64,000 bases of DNA, from positions 47,370,001-47,434,000 of the forward strand of contig NC_087436.1 of NCBI RefSeq assembly GCF_036321535.1, read 5' to 3'. The DNA comes from Camelus dromedarius (lineage: Eukaryota). Numbering within the stretch: the first letter of the stretch is position 1; the number at the start of each line of letters is the position of its first letter. The translations under genes and the position numbers were made by a program. Positions 53,347 through 64,000 of this stretch are shown here, piece after piece. The notes under the pieces are model-generated. The model did not search any database. It saw only the letters and a list, made by a program, of their open reading frames with translations, and was not told where the DNA came from.

Positions 53347-54509
53347 TAATATTTTTTTTCCTAGTTTCTCTTTCCATAGATGTTTCATCTTACTATATCT
53401 GAGACTGATAATCTTTTCTAAGAGATGGAAGTATTCAAACAACTTGGAGCTCCTGAGAAGAGACAGTGGGTCTTACGACAATGCTGTTATCTCTCAGTAG
53501 TATCTGACAGTGTGTACGCTCAACATCATTGACCAGGCTGCAATCCTACTCAGAAGACAGTTTGAGTATTGGGACTTTGGGAGCTGGTGGAAAGAAACCT
53601 GTTTGGTCTAATTAGGTGCCTAGCATTAGGTTGGCTATCAGTTGCTCATTGCTGCCACTTCTCTTTGTTCCAGTGAAAACATAGGGAATTCCATAGCTAA
53701 TGGGAAAAATGTCTGAATTATAAGCATCTTGAGAGCAAGGGCAATGTCTCATTCTTCTTTATAATATCGTGCTTGGAAAGGTCTGACATTCATTCTGTGT
53801 ATGTTTGTTGTACATATCTGTGATTTTATCAAAATACTTACAACTTGGTTTTTAGGTTTTTGGTCTGCTCCCAGGGTTTCAACTGTGATGAAAATTTGGA
53901 CGTAGAAAGACATTTAGAACCTGTCTGCTGTGCTCTTTGATACCAATTATATCACTTATCTTCTAGACATCCTTTGATGTGAGCCCTGATCGATTATTAT
54001 TAACAGTAACAGACGGCATGCCAGCATTGAAAAAAAAAGATCAAAGGTAGATTACTCAGGCAGCGTTGTTTAGGGATCAATTCATGCTGGTAACTTGTTT
54101 GCTTTCCCATCAGGCAATGTGATAGCCTGGGACTATCAGGAGCTCCCAGGAACTCTGTGAATTTGGCACCAGCTTGTGGCCCTGAAAAGGAAAAGGTGGA
54201 ACAGAAAGGAAAATGCTTGTTATTCTGGGCTTTTCATATTTGGATTGGGAAGCCCATTAGCAGTTGGGACGTGTTTCACTGGCTGTAGTGAATCTGGTTC
54301 CTTGGGCAGGGCTCATGTGGTCTTGCCCCCGTGGAGACTCAGTTTCACCCATTAAGCCTGCACTTTCTTGACTCAGTAACAACAGGCTGCCTGACTTGGA
54401 TAATTTATGAGAACAGGAGGGAAACCAGTGTAGCCATTTAACTTGTGGATCACTCTCTCTCTGTTGATGGCCAGTTTTCACTTCTTTTGTTTGTGTGTTT
54501 GTGTGTGTT

Positions 54510-54770
54510 TTTTTCTTTTTTTTTAATTAAAGTATAGTTGATTTATAATGTGTTAGTTTCAGGTGTACAACAAAGTGATTCTCTTATATGTATATATTCA
54601 GTTATATATATGTGTAAATATATATTTTCAGATTATTTTCCATTATAGATTATTCCAAGATACTGAATATAGTTCCCTGTGCTAAATAGTAAATCCTGTT
54701 GCTTATGTATTTTAAGGATAGTAGTTTGTATCTGTTAATCCCAAACTCCCAATTTATCCCTCCTCTTCAC
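54510..54770 (-). mobile_element. 5'-truncated lineage-specific LINE1 3' end
   Basis: ttttaattaaagtatagttgattt...tatctgttaatcccaaactcccaatttatccc. Confidence 0.85.
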
Positions 54771-55104
54771 TTTTGTTTTTTGAAATAGAGATTTGGCAAA
54801 GAGAACTAAAATGTCTGGGATCCTGAAGTCTGAATCTTTTACTTATTTTAGCTGTAGTTGGTTTTGTTGTTTTGCAGGGATGGATTGGTGAGGGAGGTAG
54901 ATTTGTCTGCCCAGCTAGAGTAAGCACCCTGAGAGCAGGGACAATATCTTTACCATTTTTTTTGTGTTTTTAGAATTTAGTACAGAGCATGGCTCAAAGC
55001 ATGGTACTTGGCACACACACAGTAAATGCCTGCTGGATAGATTAGAAGCGGGAGTGGAAATCAGATGTTCAGCACATGATCAATGCTTTCTATTTGCAAG
55101 ATTT

Positions 55105-55232
55105 GAGTTATTTCCTTTTTGTGGGGTGGGTAATGAGGTTTACTTATTTATTTTTGGAGGAGGTACTGAGGATTGAACCCAGGACCTTGTGTATGCCAAA
55201 CATGTGCTCTACAACTTGAGCTATACCCTCCC
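55105..55232 (-). mobile_element. tRNA-derived SINE (vic-1-like)
   Basis: 15-bp TSD ctatttgcaag(a/g)ttt (55090-55104 / 55233-55247). Confidence 0.9.
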
Positions 55233-56793
55233 CTATTTGCAAGGTTTATAATTGATACTGAGGATGCAAGGATGGATAATAAGACCACATTCACAATACC
55301 TTGAATCATTTACAGTTTGCTATATCTGGGAGTGTGTCTCTATCAGTTCAGTTTTCTGTGTGTTACTTGTTTGCCAAGTGTTTCTTAATGACTCTGAATA
55401 GACGTTGATAAAGTGTTCCTTAGATTAATGTATGACTGTGTGCATGTGTGTACACACATTTATTTATTTTAGGTTTGCCATGGTACTAGTGTTCCTGACT
55501 GTACAGTTTTTAAAAATCATTTACTCATTGTCAGAATGGTGCTTAAAAAGTTTCCTATTGATGCTGTTTCAGAGCCATGATGGTAAACATTCAAGGGCAG
55601 GTGACATTGCATACATTCAGCAGGCTTCAGGCTGTTACAGGCCTTTATATGGCACTTACTAAACTGTAAATGGATGCCTGCGTCAGCTGGTCTAATACTA
55701 GGTTATTTTCATGATTATTGTTCAAGTAGTTATTATCTACTTAAATATAAATATTTCACTTACAGTGTACATTTATTATAATCACTTAGGGGATAAACTA
55801 ATTAGGAAGAGAATTCCTGGGCTTTTAAAATGTTAAACCAAGTCTTCTCCACAGTTGTCCTCAGGCTTTGCTGCACAAAAGTATTACCTGGGGAAACTTT
55901 AAAAAATCCAGTGCCAAGGCTGTAACCCGGACCAGTGAAATCAGGATCTCTTGAGGGTGGGACCCAGTGATTCCAACATAGCTACATTTGAGAATCAGAG
56001 CTTAAGAACTAGCATCTAACCAGATTTGTTTTTTACCCACCTATTTTATTGCGACTCATCACTAGAACTGTAGGAAATATTGGTAATGGGAAGTTTTTTC
56101 TTGGGTTCAGGACTTCATGTGATACTTAGAAATATGAAATAGGAAAAAAATGAAATCGGTGGGCTGTAGACTTATAGTGTTAAAGTTTTTTTGATACCTT
56201 TACCTCTTAACAGTAATGATTTCAAATTCATGCTTACCATTCTAACCTGGGGATGACTTGGCATTCCAATGCAGACGGGCTGTGAAGGACTTATGTACGG
56301 GATAATGTCCTCAGCTCAGCCAGCCCATTCTGTGGTGACGTCGTGTATTCTTTCTCCTGGCAGTTACACGGTAACCACATATATGGTAGGGAAAATCTAA
56401 ATAGTAGTTAATATCTAAATTGATTATATTGGATTGTAGAACATCTTTGGTGATACAACAGGATTACCCTCCTTAGTTATGTTTTGCTTAAGCTAATAGT
56501 AGTTAATCTGTCTTGCCTGAACACTTAATCTGATGGCAGAAGAAGCCTGCAGAGCTTCAGCTTGGCTACAGATAATCCTGGTGAATATAATGGGCAGATG
56601 TACTTGCATCAGTTTTTGCATTGAGAGGAAGAAAAACCTTGTTGAGCTTGGTTTTATGCCCAGGGCGTAGGCATTGTATCCTGTATTCCTGTGGAGAAAC
56701 TGAGATGCTCTGGATCACTTGGTATTCATGCCTGTTTCTTCACAGGTAGTTTAGGCATTTATGTATAAGAAAAAAGGAAGAGTGATGGAAGTA

Positions 56794-57432
56794 TTGTCCA
56801 TCCTTGTTATCTGAAGACTCCAGATTTACAGATGTGCCTGCTCAGTAAAATGTATTTGTAATCTCTATGTCAGTGTACCCATGGTACTTTGGTTGTCACT
56901 TGTGGACATGTGCAGAGCAGCAAAATTGTAGTCACCTGAAGTGCACATCCCTAGCTGAAGTTGAACAAGGCCTTTCAGTTCTCATGCTGTAAGTGTCCTT
57001 GTGATGGCCTATTTAGTGCCATGTTTGGGGGCATTTTTTAATTGTTTGCTTTTTGTTGGTGATTTTGCTGTTCACAGTGGCCCCAGGCAGAGTGCTGAAG
57101 TGCTTCTGGTGTTCCTAAGCACAGAAAGACTGACCTGCCTTGTGGAGAAAATAGACATGTTAGATAAGTGATGCTCAGATGTGAGTTCTCGTGTTCTTGG
57201 CCCTGAGTTCAGCATTAATGAATAAACAGTGCCTATAAAATAAGATCTTTAAACAGAAACACTCATAAAACAAAGTTATATATTAATCAATTGACAAAAA
57301 TTTGGTGACAAGAGGCTCACAGGAACCCAACCCCACATTGCTCCTCTGAGCAGTGAGTGATTCAGGATTCACTAATTTCATGTTTGTGGCAACTTATTGA
57401 ACATGACTTCCGCAGATAATGAGAATCGACTG
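56794..57432. mobile_element. TcMar-Tigger non-autonomous DNA transposon (MER82-like, ~640 bp)
   Basis: Degenerate TIRs ttgtccatccttgttatctg...cagataatgagaatcgactg, preceded by TA; ends ~170 bp before exon 5. Confidence 0.75.
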
Positions 57433-57600
57433 TGTTCAAAAAAGAAACAAAAGTTTAATTAGAAATCCTCCAAGAAAGAAGTTTCTATATTGTAACCTTG
57501 TAACTTAGAAGGGGCAGCATAAATATGAACTTCAGCATAGCAGAGACTTGCACTGAAGGAACAAACCTATTTTAATTTTAATTTCTACCCCCTTTTATAG

Positions 57601-57719
57601 GTTTCACTGGAATTGATTCTGAGTATGAAAAACCAGAGGCCCCTGAACTGGTGCTGAAAACAGACTCCTGTGATGTAAACGACTGTGTCCAGCAGGTTGT
57701 GGAACTTCTCCAGGAGCGG
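57601..57719 (+). CDS. PAPSS1: PAPSS1 coding exon 5 ([39 protein letters not shown]), end of the APS-kinase domain; the gene continues beyond the window
   Basis: ccttttatag acceptor; 119 nt; donor CGG|gtaaga; cumulative CDS 669 nt = 223 codons with no stop. Confidence 0.98.
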
Positions 57720-57835
57720 GTAAGAGGAGGTCAAAGACGGACTCATCAGAGAATAATTATATCCATGTCACAACATTCCCCTCCCAAAAAAAAGGTGGTG
57801 CTAGTATAGAGAAACATTTGTGCTTCAAATTCTTT

Positions 57836-60700
57836 TTTTTCCTTCCAGTTTTATGGAGATATAATTGACAGACCACACTGTACAAGTTTAAGGTGCACAA
57901 GCATAATGACTTGACCTACATACATCATGAAATGATTATCATAGTAAGTTTAGTGAGCATCCATCATCTCATTTAGGAACAAAATTAAAGAAATAGAAAA
58001 AAGTTTGGTTTTTTTTTGTGATGAGAACTCTTAGGATTTACTCTCTTAATGACTTTCATATATAACATACTGCAGTGTTAATTATATTTAGCATGTTGTA
58101 CATTACATCTCTAGTACTCACTTACAACTGGAAGTTTATACCTCTTGACTGCCTTCATCCAATTCACCCACCCCCTACCCATGCCTCTCGTAACCACAAG
58201 TCTGATCCCTTTTTCTATGAGTCTGTTTGTTTTTGAAGATAATGACCTGCAACACTATGTTCCTGTTACACAGTGTAGTGATATTTTTTCCTGTATATTT
58301 CAAAATGATCACAATGGTAAGTGTAGTTACGATGTCACCACAAAGATATTATTTAGTTATTGAGTATATTCCCCACACTGTATATTTCATACCCATACCT
58401 CATTTATTTTGCAACTGGGAGTTTGTATCTCTTATCTCACTAACCTATTTCTTTCCTCCCCCAACTCCCTCTCCTCTGGTAACGACCTTTGTGTTCTCTA
58501 TATCTGTAACTCTCTGTTTTGCTGTTTGTTCATTTGTTTTGTTTTTTAGATTCCGCATATAAGTGAAAGCAAAAGCAGTGTTTGTTTTTCTCTTTCTGAC
58601 TTACTTCACTTAGCATAATACTCTCTAGGTCCATTTGTGTTGTTGCAGATGGCAAGATTTCATTTCTTTTATGACTGAGTAATATTTCATCATATATATA
58701 TATATATATCACATCTTCTTTAGCCATTTATCTATTGATGAGCACTTGGGTTGTAGCCATATCTTGGTTATTGTAAATAATGCTGCTATGAACATAGGGG
58801 TGCATATATCTTTTCTAATTAGTGTTTTTGTTTTCTTTGGATAAATACCCAGGCAAGGTATTGCTGGATTATATGGTAGTTCTATTTTTAATTTTATGAG
58901 CAATCTCCATACTCTTTTCCACGGTGGAAATTTACATTCCTACCAACAGTGCACAAAGGCTCCCTTTTCCACATATCCTTGATGATATTTGTTATTTGTT
59001 TTTTTTTCATAATAACCATTCTGTGAGGTGATACCATGTTGTGGTTTTGATTTGTATTTTCCTGATGATCAGTGATGTTGAGCACTTTTTCATGTGCCTT
59101 TTGGCCAACTGTATGTCTTCTTTGGAAGAATGTCTATTCAGACCCTCTGCCCATTTTTTAATATTTTTGTTTTTTTTTTTTAATATCAGTTGTATGAGTT
59201 CTTTGTATATTTTAGATGTTAACCCTTTGCCAGATATATCATTTGCAAATATATTTTCCCATTTAGTAGGTGGCCTTTTTTTTGTTGTTGTTGGTAGTTT
59301 GTTTTGCTGTGCAAAGGCTTTTTAGTTTGATGTAGTCCCGTTTGTTTACTTTTGCATTTGTTTCCCTTGCCTGAGGAGACATATCCCCTCAAAATATTGT
59401 TAAGACTGATGTCAAGGAGCATACTGCCTATGTTTTCTTATAGAAGTTTCATGGTTTCAGGTCTTACATTTAAATCTTCAACCTATTTTGAATTTATTTT
59501 TATGCATGTGTGAGACAGCAGTCCAGTTTGATTCTTTTGGATGTAGCTGTCCAGTTTTTCCAACCCATTTATTGAAGAGGCTGTCGTTTCCTTATTGTAT
59601 ATTCTTGCTTCCTTCGTTGTAGATTAATTGCTCATATAAGTGTGGGTTCATTTCTGGGCTCTCTGTTGTGTTCCATTGATCCATGTGTCTGTTTTTGTGC
59701 CAGTACCATACTGTTTTGATGAATGTAACTTTGTACTATAGTACTATAGTTTGAAATCTGGAAGTGTGATACCTTCAGGTTTGTACTTCTTTCTCAGATT
59801 GTTTTGGCTCTTTGGGATCTTTTGTGTTTCCATACAAATTTTGGAATTATTTGTTATAGTTTTGTGAAAAATGCCATTAGTATTTTGTTAGGGATTGCAT
59901 TGAATCTGTAGATTGCCTTGGGTAGTATGTTGTTTTAACAATATTAATTCTTCTAGTCCATTAACATGGTACATCTTTTCATCTGTTTGTGTCATCTTCA
60001 ATTTTTTTCATCAGTGTCTTACAGTTTTCTGAAGATAGATCTTTTACTTTCTTAGTTAGATTTATTCCTAGATATTTTATTCTTTTTGATGAGGTTGTAA
60101 ATGAGATTTTTTTCTTACGGTCTCTTTTTGAGACTGTATAGATATGCAACAGAATTCTGTATATTAATTTTGTATCTTGCAACTTTACTGAATTCATTGA
60201 TGAGCTGTAGTAGTTTTTTGGTAGTGTCTTGAGAATTTTCTATATATAGTATCATGTTATCTGCAGTGACAGTTTTACTTCTTCCTTTCCAATTTGGATG
60301 CCTTTTATTTCTTGTCTGATTGCTGTGACTAGAACTTCCAATACTGTGTTGGAGTGGTGAGAGTGTCTTGTTCCTGATTTTAGAGGAAATGCTTTCAGCT
60401 TTTCACTGTTCAGTGTGATATCAGCTGAGAGCTTATCATATGTGGCCTTTATTATGTCAAAATATGTTCCCTCTGTACCCACTTTGTTGGAGCTTTTATC
60501 ATAAATGGATGTTGAATTTTGTTAGAAGCTTTTTCTGCATCTGTTGAGATAATCATGATTTTTATTCTTCAGTTTGTTAATGTGGTATCACATTGATTTA
60601 TGAATATTGAAAAATCTTTGCATCCCTGGGATAAATCCCATTTGATCTAGGTGTATGATCCTTTTAATATATTATTGAATACATTAATCATATATATTGA
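57836..60700 (-). mobile_element. ~2.9 kb 5'-truncated LINE1 (L1MA9-related), antisense in PAPSS1 intron 5, with disrupted ORF2
   Basis: Minus-strand ORF2 relics ([61 protein letters not shown]) broken by stops and frameshifts; possible TSD aaattcttt (57827-57835 / 60722-60730). Confidence 0.93.
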
Positions 60701-62099
60701 TTATTGGATACAATTTATTTTAAATTCTTTATGGTGCTAACAGCTTTCTGTGCATGTATGTCACTGTGTTAGGTGTTGTGGGGGCATCATATATGTACCA
60801 CATATGAAATACCCCAGTCAGTGTAAACCACAGGAGGCTTCAGAGACAAATAATCTTCTAATAATTTTAACAGATCAATACATAATAGAGAAAATTCAAC
60901 CTTGATTATTCAGCTCTACAACTTGGCATCAATATATTTTTAAGTTGAATTGTATAATGTTGTTAACTTTTCATAGAGACTGCACAGATTTTCCCTCTGA
61001 TAACTTGATGACATCTTATGATTGAATTTTAGGGAGGGAAGGGTTCTGGGGCTAAGGACCTTTCTCTGGTTCCTTAGCAGATGGAAACATTAAAGAGGCA
61101 TAATGTTACCCAGAGTACTCAGGCCCACTAGGTACATGAGTCTCTCAGAGTTTAGTTTAATCTGTTTTTAGAAGTTACTTTTCTTTCCTTCTTGGCTCCT
61201 TTTTCCATATGTCTCCTGTTCGTTCCAGTAGAGGGTCACTTGCTCACTTAGCTGGAGAGGATCTGGCCTTCATGTGGGTGAGTAGTTCTTCTCTCCCCAT
61301 CATGGTGTCCCTCCCTTTGCTGATCAGTGCCATGCAGGGACTTCTGATACAGCAGTTACACCTTCAGTGATGCACTGGTGCTCCTAATTCTGTCCTAACT
61401 GTGACTTACAGTGTCCCAGCCTCCTCCTGATTTTTAAAATTCTAGTACCATAAACCCTTTTCATCTAGTATCTCTTACTGGATATATTAGACATACAGTT
61501 AAAAGAAAACCTATGTCTGAATATATTACAAATGTTTAGCCTTTGAATGTTTCCACATTATAAAATGTCTGCTGATAATTAACCTGGGACCCAACTTCTT
61601 AATTTATTTCCCTTATCTAAACCTTTTAACTCAACAAATAGAGATAAAATGAATTGATAACTACCCTGCTCTGATGTTTGTCTGTACTGATGTACTATCT
61701 GCAGGACGATAAGACCTCATCCCAGGAGGTTTTGTACTTCATCTTTCTGCTGTTCTTTTTTCTGTTGGTTAATAGGTTTTCTATTAACCAGCTTCTGAGC
61801 TCTTGTGCTAGTCCTGTTGCTCTGCCTCTGGCCTTCCTTCTCATCTGCTTTATCTGTTCTTTCATCATCCATTATCAATCAGACATCTGTTAAAAGCCCA
61901 TGACTGTAGTTAGTCACAGTCCAGGGTACTGGCACTACAGAGATAACAAGCTGTGTTTGTCCTTGAGGGATTTAGGTTGTAGGTGATAGACACAGAAGTT
62001 AGAGTCTAAACTCCAAGAAGGTATCTTATAAACCAGATTCAGTGTGTACATAGCATACTGGGAGGCACAGATGATTGAGTTTGGAGAGGTTTTATATCA

Positions 62100-63950
62100 G
62101 ATCTTTCTCATCTGTTTCTTTATTTTAAAAAGATATTTTCACTGTCATAGAATTCTGGATTGACAGGGTTTTTTTTCTTTTAGTACTTTAAAGGTGCTCC
62201 ATAGTCCTTTTGTTTACATTGTTTCTGAAGAGAAGTCTGATTTAATTCTTTTTTTTTTTTGTCCCTCTCTTGTAGTGTTTTCTTTTTCTCTTTGTGACTT
62301 TTTCTTTCCTGCTTGACTTCAACATTTTCCCTTAATCTCTATTTTTTAGCAGTTTTAGTATAGATCTACATCTTTCAGAATATTTAGGTCTGTTTCTTTC
62401 AGTTTAGAGTTCTTTGATTTTCTTGGGTTGGTGGTTTGCTTTTTTATTGGTTTTTGAAAACTCTTGTCCGTTATCTCTTCAGATATTTCTTTTGCCCTGT
62501 TCTCCCTCCTTCTTCTGGAACTCCAGTTACATATATTCTAGACAATATAATATTGTCCCACAGCCAAAAGATACTTGTCCTTTCACTCTTTTTTGTTTTA
62601 ACTTTTCAGCTTTAGTAATTTATCTTCACTTATTTTCAAGTTTACTGATTCCTAAGCTGCATCCAATATATTGATTTGCCCATGAGAGAGAATTTTAAAA
62701 CTCTGATAATTAAAAAAATTCTATTACCATTTGGCTGACTTAAAAAATTTTAATATAGCGTCCACTTCTCTGTTGAAATCTTCTGTCTTTTCATGAACAT
62801 TTTCCACTTTTGCGTTAGATCTCTTAACATAGTAATTGTAATTTTAAAGCCCTGACTGACACAGACAGTTCTTACCTCTGGGTCTTTTCTGGATCTTGCT
62901 GAATTTCTTAACAGTGGTGGTGTTTCTTGCTCTTTTTAGTATAATGTAATTTTTTTTTTTTGAATGCTGCATGTTGTGTCTGGACGAACAATAGAGATTT
63001 TTGAGGTAATTAGTAGTTATGCTTTGGGCATTTATTTTCTTTTTTTCTGTCATACTGTTAGTGTAATGAGTTAATTTAGTCAATAGCTTAGCTGGGTTTG
63101 GGTTTCCTTATTCTGTGGTTACTCTTCATGCACCGCCAGCTTCAAGCTTGTCCAGTGATGGGCTGTTCTACCTTGTGTTTAGTGTGGGATCTGCTGCTGG
63201 AGAGTTTTCCCCAGAGTTTCTACTCAGCCGTCAGCTGTCAGCTTTCCCTGCGTACCTGCCCTGTGGAAGGGATCTCTCTCCAGGCTCTTGCTCCTCTCTT
63301 GGCAGTGAACTGCTGTTGATTATTTGTTGGTGCTAGGCTCATGATGGGGGAGCAGTGGTGGTTCTCAGTTCTGCCAGTCCAGCTTGAAGCTTAGGAGGAC
63401 CTAAGCTCCTGAGTCTTGATATGGTCTTTCTCAATGTCCCTTCCCCTCCCACATATTAGCCAGCCTCTGCTTGGATCCTGGGAGGTCTTGGAGGGTGAGT
63501 GTTTTTGCTCCTCACTTGTGCTAGCAGATCCTTGTTTTTGATCAGTTCAGAATCCTGGGCCAAGAGTGTTTCCTCCACCTTCCTTCGGCAGACCATATTT
63601 GCTTGTACCCTCTCCTCAGAGACAGTGGACTCTGGGAGGGGTTCCTGCCCTCCCCCAACAGCTTAAGGCTTAAGTGATGCAGAAAGTGGGCAGAGCTTTG
63701 AGCCTGTGCACCACCAAGGGAGTGCTCTCTGTAGTCCCTGGACCTGCTTCTGATCTTTCTTCTCCGTATCTGTTGTCGGCCTGCTTGTGAGTGTGTGCAG
63801 AACTCCTGTGTCTGGGTGCCAGTGATACTAACCTGTCACGCTAGTCCACACTCAGCCTGTAAGAGTTTCTTGCAAACTTTAAGGCAGTTTTCTTCTTCCT
63901 GCCTTTATTGTAGCCACCCTTTCCTCCCATGCTTTACTAAAGGGAAGTAG
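62100..63950 (-). mobile_element. Old LINE1 5'/ORF1-region relic (L1M4/ME-like)
   Basis: aagatattttcactg...tagaattctggattgacag...gtttctgaagagaagtctg; degraded. Confidence 0.6.
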
Positions 63951-64000
63951 GTCATGTGTCTTGACTTCTCTTAGTGAGACTTGTCACTCTTTGGAAGCAG

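Noticed and set aside
58530..60482. Minus-strand ORFs resembling reverse transcriptase
   Set aside because: Fragmented LINE1 ORF2, 5'-truncated; neither an active element nor a novel RT system
61225..61238. Partial CTCF-like motif ccagtagagggtca (also ~54165-54181)
   Set aside because: Mismatches at key core positions and no clear upstream module
63583..63598. cttcggcagaccatat resembles the U6 snRNA 5' end
   Set aside because: Only ~16 nt similar; flanks do not continue the U6 sequence

Overview
Mammalian genomic DNA (AT-rich, repeat-dense, CpG-depleted except for one island). The tRNA-derived SINE resembles camelid vic-1, and I recognised no Alu, Bov-tA, PRE or SINEC elements, so a camelid is most likely (inference). 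The only protein-coding gene is the 5' part of PAPSS1 (bifunctional PAPS synthase 1) on the + strand. It has a CpG-island promoter at ~29.45-30.45 kb and coding exons 1-5 (30039-30098, 41880-41994, 46901-47136, 53203-53341, 57601-57719). These splice GT-AG in frame to 223 codons, covering the N-terminal NLS and the whole APS-kinase domain; the ATP-sulfurylase exons lie beyond the window. The first ~29 kb is intergenic and largely nested LINE1/L2/MIR/LTR/DNA-transposon relics. I found no convincing novel multi-gene system. The best leads are regulatory or retrotransposon-level: two co-oriented CTCF-like motifs with upstream modules, a SINE with an apparent 3' extension and second poly(A), and an L1-derived cryptic acceptor plus poly(A) signal right after the kinase domain. 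Repeat family names come from recalled consensus features, not from a search; boundaries of old repeats are approximate.
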